This document shows positions 1 to 12,117 of a DNA stretch of 64,000 bases, in pieces. The notes below the pieces were generated by a model. That model made no database searches. It was not told the origin of the DNA and was given only the letters and a program-made list of their open reading frames with translations. Source of the DNA: Toensbergia leucococca. Taxonomy: Eukaryota. The stretch's first letter is position 1. Each line of letters opens with the position of its first letter. Position numbers and translations under genes: made by a program. The stretch lies in contig JALDZS010000087.1 in assembly GCA_022813965.1 (NCBI GenBank), positions 1 through 64,000 on the forward strand, in the 5' to 3' direction.

Positions 1-622
1 GGGGGGGGGTGGGGTTGGGGAATGGGGAATGGGATGGCGAGGATTGGATTTGATTCTTTCTTTTGTGGTTTGAAACCTTTTTTTTTTTGTCCACTTTGAA
101 GGGAGCCTGGAATGTTTTTTTTTCGATGTTACGTTTACAATTTTAGCTGTTTTGGGGGGTAAACACTCCCCCCTTCACTTATCCGTAATGTACCTAGGTC
201 ATTATATAATATTGACCCAACGTCCCTCGACTGAGATCATGAATGGGTTACTTTTGCATGTTTCTGGGGAATCTGCGGGCTTTTGTCCGGCCGCCCCGGG
301 AAATACCCCCTGGATTTTTTTGTTTTCTTTTCTGGCTGAAATAGAGTATATTCCAGAGCGCATGGACTCGTGACTGTTTATTTAGGCGCTTGTGTGGTGG
401 GGGGCGGGCATGTGATGCATAAAAAGGCGGGGGGAGACGGCCATTTATATATATCTGGCACGTCATAAATTCTCACCAACAAACAATCAACGCATCCACC
501 CCTTCCCCAAAAACCAAAAAAAAACAAAAACCACATCCCCAAAACTCCCCCTCACAATCAATCATCAAACAACAACCAGCCCCAACCCCCCCCCCAAAAA
601 AAAAAAAAAAAAAAAAGGAAAA

Positions 623-895
623 ATGCCCCTCACCCCCACTTCGAGCCAAAACACCGGCGCCACCGGCGCCGCCAAATTCGTCACCTCAACACTCGGCAAC
701 ACGGTCGGCGGGCTTGGGCGGACGGTGGGCGGGATCGTGGGCGCGGGCGGGCGGGGCGTGGGCGAGACGATTACGGCGGCGACGGGGAGTGCGGGCAAGC
801 CTGTGGGGAACGCGGTGCGGGATTTGGGGAATGGGGTTGAGAGGGGGGCCGAGGGGGTGAGTGCGGGGGTGGAGGGGGCGGGGAGGTGGAAGTGA
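623..895 (+). CDS. Small Gly/Ala/Thr-rich hypothetical protein (90 aa, LEA/stress-protein-like)
   Basis: Single-exon ATG ORF (AAAATG context) with repeated GxTVGG/GxGV amphipathic segments, embedded in low-complexity flanks. Confidence 0.7.
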   Translation: MPLTPTSSQNTGATGAAKFVTSTLGNTVGGLGRTVGGIVGAGGRGVGETITAATGSAGKPVGNAVRDLGNGVERGAEGVSAGVEGAGRWK

Positions 896-1145
896 GTTGT
901 TTATTTTGGGGGGTTTTGGGTTTGGGGGGGTTTTCCTGTGTGAAGGGTGAGATTTTGGGGGGGCTTTGGGGTCATGATTTTTGTGTGGTTCTTGGATAGT
1001 TTCGCTTTGCTGGCTGGTTTTGGGGGTTTTTTCAAAGGTGAGAGAGAGGGTTGAGCGCTGTGTTTTTGGAAATTTATTGGGTTGTTCATTTGCTTTTGCT
1101 GATTGTCAAGCTGAAAACTCCCCTCTCCGTGCATCGGACCCTTTT

Positions 1146-1819
1146 TTAAGTCAACCGTCGTTTGGGTCCTGTGAAGTTAGCCAAGGCCTCATTTGCCATC
1201 TCCAATCTTATGACCGCAGATTTTAGCGTCAGCTCCGCCAATTTCACCTCCACCATCGCCCGATCCAACATTTTCTGGGCTTGCGCCACTTGACCCTTTC
1301 TCGTTTCCTTAGCCAGCACGAGCAGTCGTAATTCCTCAAGCCTTTTTACCATCTTGTCATCTTTTTGCTTCTGCATCTGCTGCTCCGCTTCAAACCTTTC
1401 CTTCATCTCGCTAGTGTCCTGCAACTGACGCTGGATATCTGCTGAATTCTCCAAAAGTTGTTGGGAAGACGGGGTTATCATCAGGGCTGCTGGAATCATC
1501 TGCGGACTCGATGAACCTAACTCATTGGTCAATGAACCTTCGTCTTGGGCAGTGAAGCACTAGCAGAGACTTCAGACATACGTTTGATAGGCTTAGAAAG
1601 CTCTTGCTGTTGCGACGTGTAAGCTGTCAGTTCTTCGGATGTCGCTGCTGACGAGATGCTTATGCGATGATTGTCTCGTCGATTCTTACCCCGAGGCTGG
1701 GTGTAGGGAGCTGTTCGGGCACTGCCACTGCTGATAGCAGAGAGGCGATTACGTTGGGAGGGCGGCATGGCTTGGTGGAGCGGAACGAACCTGGTCACAT
1801 AGTGAGCTGAAGTCGCCAT
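1146..1819 (-). CDS. Hypothetical coiled-coil protein, 2 exons (about 202 aa)
   Basis: ORFs 1529..1819 and 1146..1532 are joined in frame by intron 1517..1581 (GTATGT...ATTGAC...TTAG); C-terminal Q/E/K-rich heptads, ends GPKRRLT. Confidence 0.6.
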
Positions 1820-2236
1820 GTGCTATGTAGGCCCTACCTTTAAGCCTGAAGTACTCAATGAGCCGTGAGTTGACTGGAGCTCAATTGATTCCTTTGTATT
1901 TATGGAAATTGATAAGATCAATCACCTTCGAAAAGACAAGAAGTTCATGATTGACGGTCAGATTAGTTGACTGTGAAGGTTTTTCCCTTTGAATCATCAC
2001 ACGTGATTCACTGGTACGGCTCAATCTGATGAAGGTATTCAGCTGTTCCTCACACAGAGTTTAACGCTTCGTCAACTACCGTCATCTAATCTCATATAGT
2101 GAAGAAAATAGTATCCTCGCTGTATCAATGGTCAGTGTCTATACAAACCAAGGTATAATGCATGTCGAAGCCTGAAGACACTTGGGTACCACCTAGTAAT
2201 TTTATACATATTCAATAGCCGGTGAAACAACAAATA

Positions 2237-3273
2237 CTAGAGCTTTTGGCCGTTCCGATCAGTTTCAACAACCTGGTCTACACCAACATAATCCGGAACA
2301 TCCAGATTGTACTTTTCCGCAATCAATGGCATTACAAACCTTCGAGCCTGTCAGCCTCTGCTCTAATAGTCTTCACAATAGAACTATCAAATAGGCACAC
2401 GTACCGTCCGCCAATGAAATGCCTTCCATTGAAGTACCTCACCAGCGGCTTCGGCGCTGTCAAACTAATCAAAGCGGCAGGTTGAAAATTCATGCCCGGG
2501 CCAGACTTGGGAGGACCTTCTTCAATGTTCCATGATGAGGGTGCATCAACGGAAAGGACCGGGATCGAGGTTATTTCGAGGGCTCTGATCACGGCTGGGA
2601 AGGGCTCGCGGACTTCGCCAGAGAAGCTGAAGCCTGGCTAGCATAAGATGATGCATGGTCATACGATTTGGGTGACGCTACCAAAGATGGCATCAACGAT
2701 GTGATGTGTGCTATTCAGAGCCGAATCGAAATCTTCAGTGAATGGAACATCTAGATTTTTGAGCTGTGTCGCTAGACGCTAAAGCATCTTAGTACGTGGC
2801 TGTACAGCGTAAGGTAAATGTATCAGGGGTAAAACCTGGTAGAGGTCACTCTTGCTCTGCTTGGGATAGTAGATGGTAGGTTTGTAGCCATAGTGGTACA
2901 GATGGCGGGCAGCCACAAGGCCATCACCACCTACTTTGGAATAAATATTGTGGACCATGCTTAGAGGAGTCCTCAATCACCATTGTTTCCAGGCCCACAG
3001 GCCACGAGCACATTCTTCCCATTACTTGGGGGATGTAGTCGATAGACTTTACGCTGTCAGCATTGTGATACGCAAGAGTACGCCTTGTCATGACACACCT
3101 GCCTGGGAGACAGAAAGACCTGCTAGCTCCATCAACTGGTCGATAGAAAAGGCACCAGTGCTCATCAGCTCTTTATCCAGTGCGGCTGCTTTTTCAGCAG
3201 TGAGAGTCTTTGCAAAAACGTTAGGATCAATAAGTCGCGCACGTCAACAAGAACTTCATGCCTTCAAAGCCAT
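2237..3273 (-). CDS. NNR1: NAD(P)H-hydrate epimerase (YjeF_N / AIBP family), 7 exons
   Basis: Spliced reading [40 protein letters not shown]|...[19 protein letters not shown]...IVDAIFG|FSF...SVDAPSSW...ISLTAPK; first intron is GC-AG. Confidence 0.93.
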
Positions 3274-3608
3274 TCTGATCATCGAACAGAATCTGTACAG
3301 AGATAGAGGGCGGCTTCTCACAAGGCTAATGCTGAAGAAATTTATTACAGAGAAAGCACGAGGTGGCAGATCAACACATCACAGTGAACGAAGAAACAAT
3401 GGATCCATGTATCAAGTTTTATTGCACAGAAATCAATGGACCGTGATCAAGACCTGTGGGTAGGTGGGTTTTGCCCTTGGCGATCTCGAAGTTAAGAGTT
3501 CTGTTCTAAGACAAGTCTGGCGCACTCGGAAGGGGGAATCTTTGCGCCGAGCAGAGCCTCTGATCCACCTCGAACACAGCAATTATTCACAAACACCTTC
3601 TACAAGCA

Positions 3609-4180
3609 ATGGTCCTGAAAATCCGCCTTGCACGTTTCGGCAAACGCAACGCCCCGTATTACAACATTGTCGTCGCGCAAGCCAGGTCCCTCTCCCCATT
3701 CCCCTCGGCCTCAGACACCTAGCTAACCCCTCTCCAGAACGGCCAGAAATAGCAAACCCCTTGAAGTTCTAGGTGGGTCTCTCGGTGTAGGATGCCGGAG
3801 GAACTACCAATTCAACATGAATATACACACTGATGAAACTCTCGAATGTAGGGACTTACGATCCCATACCCAAGCCGGCCCCCCTAGGCCAAGGAAAACC
3901 ATTCAAAGACATCCAATTAGATACCGCGAGGGCGAAATACTGGCTTGGAGTTGGGGCGCAGCCTTCAGATCCGGCGCGGAGGCTGCTTGCAATGGTGAGT
4001 TCCTCTGGGCTCTGGGTTACGTGCTTCCTGCCTGAAGCGTGTGATTCGCTGACAATTATGGTATCGTCTCAGATCGGTTTACTTGAGCCTCGGTTTAACG
4101 TGACGAAGATGCAACAGGCAGAGCTTAATGCTGCTGGAAGTCTGAAGGAGGCTAGTGGTGTGGTGGCTTTGGAGGAATGA
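3609..4180 (+). CDS. MRPS16: Mitochondrial ribosomal protein S16 (bS16m), multi-exon
   Basis: MVLKIRLARFGKRNAPYYNIVVAQAR|TARNSKPLEVL|GTYDPIP...ARAKYWLGVGAQPSD S16 signature. Confidence 0.93.
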
Positions 4181-4497
4181 TGAAAAAATTGGGTTCTGCA
4201 TCAACAGGCGTTGCGGGATCGATATACCTAAGGCGCATTGATAGGAAGTTTAGTGGCAGGAGAGCTTTACATGGCTGTGATTAGTATTGCTGAGTAACGT
4301 TTGATCTTGGATGAGCTAGAGCATTCATTGCCTGGCAGTACATTCCACGTCAGACGAAGAGGTTTGGTGTCAAGTATACGAGTCCATATCCAACCATGCT
4401 TGTCTACCTATATCTGTGTATAACGCAAAGCACTCCTCACGTCTGACTAACGTACGGATGCGCTGACCTGCGCTGTCTAAGCCGAGGATCAATGCCG

Positions 4498-6335
4498 TCA
4501 GTGCGCAGCAAGAAAATATGTATTGGTGACCAGGCAGGTGATCATAACCACGAAGCCGTAAATGGCCAAGGCAAGACTAAGCTGCCGTAAGAGTCTCTTA
4601 TGCCAGCCACTCGTTTTCGAGACTCCCCCGCCAAGAAGGGTGTCATCTTCTTCGTTGTCGGATGCATCCATCTCGTCGTCATCTTCTTTCATGTACTTCT
4701 GATGATAAGGAGAATCTGGGGCTGAAATCTTATAGTAGAATAATCCTGGAAGAATAAAACTGATGCTCGTGCTGCCTGTACTTCCCACATACGCCAGGAC
4801 CTTTGATAGTGAGGATACGGTCATGGCAACAATGTAGCTAAGAATAACGATAGTGGTGGTTATCGCAGCAAATCGCAAGTCTCCCATCCCGTCACCTCGA
4901 ATGTGTGTGGCGCTTCTATTTGCTCTAGATGGCGATGCGTTGTGGGCGTCAGACTTTTTTGCAGGTCGCCACTTGAGAACCGCATCAACCGAGGCTCTAC
5001 ACGGGTGAACTTGAAGTGGATAGGAGAACATGACAAGGACGACAATTGCAGCCTTGCCAATGGTGGAACTTAGTGTTGGAGCGTCTTTCATTTGGAAAGT
5101 GGATTAGCTTCTCTTCAGATCCAAAAGAAAATTCTCAAGCAAGAAAACTTACAAGCTCCGACAATATTGTCAGGCACGCTGTTCCCGAAAGAAAGGTAGC
5201 CAGTAACGGCGACTAGAATGTAGATAAGACCAGAAGCACCAATACTGCTAGTCACTACGCCTGTCGTTCTAAACGGAGAATTGTTGCTGATCTCATTCAG
5301 AATCGAGAACATCTATAATTGGTAGTGTCAGCTTCTAACCTAATACACTCTCATTGGAGATAGCTCACGTTCTGATGGCAAGTGTATGCAAAGACTATGA
5401 CAGGGATGGTGCTCAGTGTTGCTACAGCACTTTCCCATTGAGCCACTCTTATGGGTCCTCTATCTTCCATAGTATCGCCTTTAATGAAGTGAGCCACGAC
5501 CAAAATGACCAGATAACCAATCGAGATCAGAGCAATGACGCTGGTATATTTGAGAGAATCTAATCGTCGTAGGTAAGACAACGGCATAACAATTAGCCTA
5601 TACCAATCAGGTCAGCATTCAACTTTTGGCACTTGTGTCAGACCGGAAAGACTGGAGTGCAAGGTTTGGTGGCTAACATGAATCCAGTCACCCAAAAGTG
5701 ACGATCGACCAAAAATCCAACACCACCAGCATGTTCACTGAACCCTCTTACTACTCCTGGCATCAGGTCTCCAATGATGATGAGATAACTCACACCGACT
5801 CCAAAGCATTTAATGGCAATTGCGGCATCAAATATGACAGCGGCGTTAGGGTAGGTAATTTGGGAAAGGGCAAAGAACGAGGCAGAGCCCCTCTCGAGAT
5901 ATCTTGCGCATCTTGTTTGAAGATATAGGCCAAAGCCAGCAGTGAGGCCAGACCAGATGATAACAAAGACTCCCAACAGTATCCCCATGCGCGCAAGGCC
6001 TAGAGGCATAGCAAGAACACCGGCTCCAACAACTTCCCTCGAGTCAGTAGGCGACTTTGTATCCTGATAGTAGATGCTCACTTGTATTGACCAAGTTCAC
6101 GACGCTGCTTATCCAAGTTGCTTGTCCAATAATTCCAGTCTCTTTCTTGCCATAACTCGACTGATGCCTATGATGCATTAGTGCCATAACACGTTTCGCC
6201 TCACTACTCCGAAAGGGAAATTAAGAGTTCGGTTTTAGCTTACCGTCTCCCTCGACTTGAAGAGCCCGTACTACCAGGCCGAACAGGTACATCTTCACCA
6301 TCGGCATCACCGCTGATTGCCGAATACGTGGACAT
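4498..6335 (-). CDS. Vacuolar amino-acid transporter (Aa_trans, AVT5/AVT6-like), multi-exon
   Basis: SSVVNLVNT|VVGAGVLAMP, AIAIKCFGVGVSYLIIIGDLMP, FAYTCHQN, SYPLQVHPCR and GSTGSTSISFILPG motifs; first exon MSTYSAISGDAD... at 6335 inferred from a GTAAGC...CTAAT...TAG intron. Confidence 0.9.
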
Positions 6336-6650
6336 GCTTGAGCACAACGCACCGACAATAATGCTCCTCGGAATCCCTCATACGGGCTTTGTGATTTTGA
6401 CTTGGAAAATATACTATGTAGAGGATTAATGTTGTTTGTATTATTCGCTTTCAATCCGACGAGTTTCCTCCATAGATCTGGCGATACCTTACGGATAGAT
6501 AACGTTGGTGACGTTGCGCTAATGATGGGAGGCGCCGTAATCTCTTGGCGTTGAGCTACTCCTACCTACCTAGCTACCTCGTGCTACCTAATCGATCTAA
6601 GGCACGGCATGTTCAGAGACCCAAAGAGAGTACTTTATCAATAGTTCAAC

Positions 6651-7359
6651 ATGACTCGAAGCCTGGAGAATACGGCTACTGGAACCATAGACTTGCTCGA
6701 AAGTCGTCTAAAGAGAGTCGAGTATGCTCTGAGTGGAAAGAATGAGCCAGATGAGGATTTACATCGAGCAACAGTCAAAGGGAAAGATCATGCCGTTTGT
6801 ACACGATTGTCTAGACTGGAAAAGGAATTGGGCAAGCTCTCTTCCGAATCTCCTCCCATTCAACAGCTCCTGAAATTCTGTAAGTAATACTGGAATATCC
6901 GAAGCCCCCAGAATGTTTGCGATGATAATGAAATTAGCTTCCAATCATCCGGACCTCTTCCACGCTGCTGGACAGGAGGGAGTCACAACCTCGCTTTCCA
7001 ACACTGAATTACTAGCAATTATCAACTCTTGTGCTAGAGATTACTACACCGCAGCCTCTCACTTGACATCAATCAATGATATCCCAATCCCCTCAATGGA
7101 CACCTCTACTGCCTTGATCTCGTTACACCCTAGATTAGCAAGAGCTGAATTGGTACAGGAATCACAAATAAAGGAAGTAGAGAACCTAAGAATGAGAACA
7201 GCGTTGGCTCTCCAGAGATGGTATGAGCATGAAGTTCTAGGCGGAGGTGAATGCTGGGCCGAATGGGAGCTAAGAATCCTCACCGTGGAGAAGGATGTCA
7301 GGAGGAACGAGGCTCTTCAAGAGCGAGACGCCAAGGCCAACGAAGCATATGATTCATGA
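6651..7359 (+). CDS. Dynactin p24/p22 subunit-like nuclear distribution protein (RO-10/DCTN3-like), 2 exons
   Basis: TIDLLESRLKRVEYAL N-terminus, coiled coil, WYE...ECWAEWELR C-terminal motif; intron GTAAGT near 6880. Confidence 0.75.
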
Positions 7360-7939
7360 ACCGGGTTTTGCGCAATTACTTTACAGTCGGCTGTCAATGG
7401 GACCCAATATCAAGATCTTTTCGAACACGCTCCACCCTTCCAAGAGGCAACAGGCGTCTACGACACACCCTGATCTTTTTATCGAGGTCCATTCGACGTT
7501 CCAACTGACCAACCCCAGCAGCGTGAGGAATTATTTCACTCGATGTCATATCGAGGATCACGAACTTATACTTCACACTAAATGAATTAAATTCTGAAAC
7601 AGCCAGACCATTATATGATGTTCTGCTACAGCCGAGGGACCCAGCGGACGTGTGCAGCCTCTGACTATTCGTACGTGCGCGTCTGGTTGATGGTTCGTAA
7701 TTCCAGATTTGAAACTAACGTAATGAATCATAAAGAGTAGATGCGACTTGCGTAAATGGATAATTAAGAGTTGTTAGTTAATCTCTTCAAAGAACGCTGT
7801 CGGGTAATGTTACTCATAAAGCGAAGGTGTTCCTGGTTATTGTTATGTCCTTTCGGTCATCGTCCAAAGGATTCTTTCTCTCTCAAATTGCCAAAATAGC
7901 CGGATATCTTATTTGGTCACCAAGCTGCAAAATTTAGGC

Positions 7940-8485
7940 ATGCGCGGCTACCCTTTTCGTCTTCTTCATTTTCTTTTCCACTTTCTTCCCTCCTCACTTC
8001 ACGCGGCTCCCTCAACACCCAATACTCGTCTGCCTGTTCAAGTTTTCTCCCGTTCCATTCCGGAATGTTTCGTTGAAACGCCGGGGATGCAACTCTACCC
8101 TCCCTCCGCTGAAGCCTGTTACAGTGCCGGACACGACTTCTACTGCAGTAACGAACAGTCGATAATTCGAACCTTCGTACGCCAATCTCCTTCGGCCGCA
8201 ATTTATCAAATCCAACTCCCACAGCGCTGGACTCACGGCTCATGCAGTATATTAGTTGATTTTACGAATATTCACGTGAACCAGCAGAGGGCGTCATTAG
8301 CAGAGATAGGATTGAAGGCTTTACAGATCATGCAGGCATGTGTCGACAATGGACCAAGGCTAGGTGGCAAGATAACAGCTGGTGACCGAGATGGTTTGAT
8401 TATTGTCGTAGGAGGAAGGATGGCTCCAAGCGTTGCATCAGAGGGAGCGCAATGTAGGAACCGTAGCGGAGGAAACGGCAAATGA
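7940..8485 (+). CDS. Small secreted Cys-containing protein (181 aa), effector-like
   Basis: Hydrophobic N-terminus (MRGYPFRLLHFLFHFLPSSLHA-AP), 6 Cys, LPQRWTHGSC and CVDNGPRLGG motifs. Confidence 0.7.
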   Translation: MRGYPFRLLHFLFHFLPSSLHAAPSTPNTRLPVQVFSRSIPECFVETPGMQLYPPSAEACYSAGHDFYCSNEQSIIRTFVRQSPSAAIYQIQLPQRWTHGSCSILVDFTNIHVNQQRASLAEIGLKALQIMQACVDNGPRLGGKITAGDRDGLIIVVGGRMAPSVASEGAQCRNRSGGNGK

Positions 8486-9436
8486 ACAGTACCTATATCT
8501 GCTTTGACGCTGGCATACGGATCTGGATGAAGCTTGTGCAGCAGAACATTCGGGACTGTCTGATTGGCTGGATGACAATTGACAGGGATGGGAAGACAGT
8601 GGTGCAGGAGATTTTTAGAGTTCTAGTTTGGGTCAGGGTTTCGCGTCGGATGGCTTGAGCTTGCTGCTGGAGACGTGGACGTGGAGTAGCGGGGAAATTA
8701 CTTAGTGCCAAGACCAGGAACGGATTCAGGAACACTTCATACCTGTCTTGGATCTAGATACAGGTAGAATATTGGTTTGTCAAAATCAAGAAACGGTACT
8801 CGTAGATGTTGAGATAAAGAAAGAGTATTCGTAGTGGACAGCGTGCCTCACGAGGCCGAGACGTGAGAGAATTAGACTATGGTTGGCGCAGTCAAGTTGA
8901 CAAGCAATCTACGCCGCTTCGGCTTTCCATGTTATTTCCCACTTTAAGATTGAATGACCAAGTCCGGCCCCCCATCCACTTTCTGCCTTTGAAATCGACC
9001 CAACACTCGTTATTCACCTCCAGTCCAATAAGAGGCTCACTGACAGCAAGAATACACTCTGCTTATTCACGGCCGACCACAGATCAATCAAGCTGTGGTA
9101 GTTGGTATTGGCAAATCATTTCATCTTCACTAAGAAAGACCACGTTGGAGCGTGGGCGCGTACGAGTCCTTGTCCCTTGAAACTCCCTCACTTCAATTCA
9201 GCCACGACCCACCCAACCTCAAACCGACGTCGAACCCCCATCCTCGACTTTGCGACGAGCGCTTCATCGGCGGTACAAGCTTAATATAGCATTGCCCACA
9301 GCACAAATACATTCCGATCCAGGCACCCCCCGTCCGACACCACTAGACACTCCTTCAAATATTCCGGCCAATCCCCTTCACCGGTAACTTCACTTCCGCA
9401 GACCTGGCGACCATCTTATAATCACTCGATTCCTCT

Positions 9437-10658
9437 ATGCCATCGTACGGTAGTCTCCACTCGCCATCTCTCCGTAAGATGAACGATACTATGGGAGGCA
9501 ACGGTCGGAGGCGAGGTGGCTTTCAGGGTTTCAGTCTTGGTCAGTCGTATGGCGATAAATGACTTTTGTATGTTGCTGAGGCTTTACAGGACATATTATT
9601 GGAGATCCGTTTGCATTAGCGACCATATCTATCGCCATTGTAAGCTTTGCCCCAATCTATACTTCTTCAACCGGAAGGAACTTTTACTAATAGCTCACTG
9701 TGGACAGCTTGCCTGGCTAATAGCATTTATCGCCTCAATTATCTCCGACGTCCGATCACCATTTCCCAATTACGCATGGTGGGCAATTGCATACATGCTC
9801 TGCTGTATTGTAGGAGTCCTAGTAGTGGTAGCATCTGATTCAGGTCAGACCTATCATGTTGCCGTATGAAGCCCCCTCGCGACTGTTTTGGGCAATGCTA
9901 ATTGAACGAAGATCGTTGGCTTCTTAGCAGCGGGTCTCGTTTTTACAACCTCAGCAGTCAACACACTCGTATACTCGCCCGACGGCGCCAAAGAAGCTTC
10001 TGCAGCTGGCTTCATCTTGCTTTCTATGGTCGCAGTATGTTTTCACAAGTGCCCGCAACGGCGCATTGTCTAATTTATAATTTACTAGATTGTATGGATA
10101 TTCTACTTTGGATCTACACCACAAGCCAGTCATCGTGGCTACATAGACTCCTTTGCATTACATAAAGAGCAGCGTGGGTCTATGCGTAGCCGACCAGAGA
10201 CCAACAACTACGGCGGCAGACCAGAAACCACTCTCTCAGGGAATCAAGCACCCCAAATGTACACTTCAGCCCAACTAAACGGCTTCGAAACATCTTCGCC
10301 GGTGACTGGCTACCCTGGTGGCCCGACTGGATTGGATGGCCGCAATAACTCGCAGCCACGGTTCGCGGGACCAATGGCATCCAATTCACCAGCCCACACA
10401 CCCACAGCAGCTGCACCTGTCGGAGGAATGGGCGGGGAACAACACCCGACTGGGATGGATGTTGGGGCTCCTACAGAATACCCATACCGAGCAAAGGCTA
10501 TTTACTCATATGAAGCCAACCCCGATGACGCAAATGAGATCAGCTTTGCAAAACACGAAATATTAGAAGTTTCGGATGTCAGTGGAAGATGGTGGCAGGC
10601 GAAAAAAGAGACGGGCGAGACTGGCATAGCGCCTTCAAATTACTTGATCCTACTATGA
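9437..10658 (+). CDS. SHO1: High-osmolarity signalling sensor Sho1 (4 TM + C-terminal SH3), 5 exons
   Basis: [15 protein letters not shown] start, [38 protein letters not shown]3 domain [21 protein letters not shown]...[11 protein letters not shown]. Confidence 0.96.
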
Positions 10659-12038
10659 CAATCTCTCCTCTGTACTATGATTATTCACGACCATTTCCTT
10701 GCAAAATTTGCAGCAAAGCTGGCAGTCCACGTTTCCTGGAGCCTTGGGTCCTACGTGGGGAGTTTTAGACCAACTTTATTGGAATGCGTTACTCTTTTCT
10801 CATGGTCTGTTCTTAGCGATACTGGTGGAGTTTTGATAGTGGGTACTTTAATGGTTCTGGTTCTTTTGGAGCGGGAGATACCTAGGTTGTAAGCTATGAT
10901 GGAACGGAGAACTTTATTGGAGAGTGAATCTTCCAAATAGAATTACGACTGAGTTCCATTACCTATTGCTGCTGTTTGTTCATGCGTTCGTTGTGATGTC
11001 GAGTAGGTAACCCCCTCAATATCATATTGTCTTCTCTGATTCTGTTCCTTTTTGGACGTCTCCATGACCTTCTTACATCCTCTTCTAGATGTTGTGACAA
11101 TCAAATTCGTTGCTGAATATCTGCTGCTTCGTTCTTTGCAATGTACACTGTATGCTAAAATTTCCTTCTCTGTTCTCTTGTCTCCTTCCTTGACTGTGTA
11201 TCAAGTTGAACATTTTCACAACTTTCGTGTACGTCTACTTATATCCGAGATATTGCCTCAACTTCAGTCTCCATTATCATCTTCTCCTCTTTCCCTGCTG
11301 AAACAACTTCATGCATGTCTCTTAAACTACGGTGAAAGCTACTTTGCCGTTCCTTCCAAATATATTGTCATGCTTGATCTCATTCTAAGTATATAATTGT
11401 ATTTAATGGAAATAACTCTGATCATACACCACTCATTCTGATCATTTCTGACTTGCTAAGTTCCTTGGCATAGTACCTAAATATCTTTCACCTTATCCAA
11501 GCCTTCCTAAATCAATCTCTAGAACATCTTCTACATTCTGGCACTCGTCTTTTCCCTAGCATTCTATCCACTGTCCCGCTATTGTGTGAATTGTGAATCT
11601 CCTCCCATCGTCGTTATCGAAATACTCATTTCCCGCTCCAAGTTATAACTTTGCGCAAGGTATATACATCTTCACAATTCACGCGCGCCCATGTAAATAT
11701 GTTGGTTGCGGGAGGTAAGTTTTGGCCTTTTGGTGTTGATAGTTGAGAAAAGTTGATGGGTTGAAGTCAATGGTGGAAATATAGGTAAGCTCAGGGGTTA
11801 GGGTGGTTAAGAAGATTGCGGCGAACAGCTCGACGGTATTTCTTATTCGCTTTAATGGTTGTTCGTGAAGCTCTTGTATCGTGTATCCCACCTCAGATGA
11901 GTAGAATAGAATTTGGGTTTATTTTGAGTGTGTTTCTTGGAAACCCGTGAGACATTGTTTAAACAGTTTTCTAGGTACTCCAAATTTCAGATAAATAAAA
12001 AGGTTATAAGTTTAAATATAGTTCAAGTATATCTAACA

Positions 12039-12117
12039 GCTTCTGTGGTCCAATGGTTAGGATTCTACCCTTCCAATTTGATAGGTAGAGGTTCGTGTTC
12101 GATTCACGGCAGTTGCA
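12039..12117 (+). tRNA. tRNA-Gly(UCC) with 7-nt intron (12076..12082)
   Basis: A-box TGGTCCAATGG, D-stem GTCC/GGAT, anticodon stem CTACC/GGTAG with TCC at 12072-12074, T-loop TTCGATT, discriminator A, downstream T-tract terminator. Confidence 0.88.

Noticed and set aside
11040..11900. Purine-rich minus-strand stretch resembling an eroded ORF
   Set aside because: Many stops in all frames and no recognisable family
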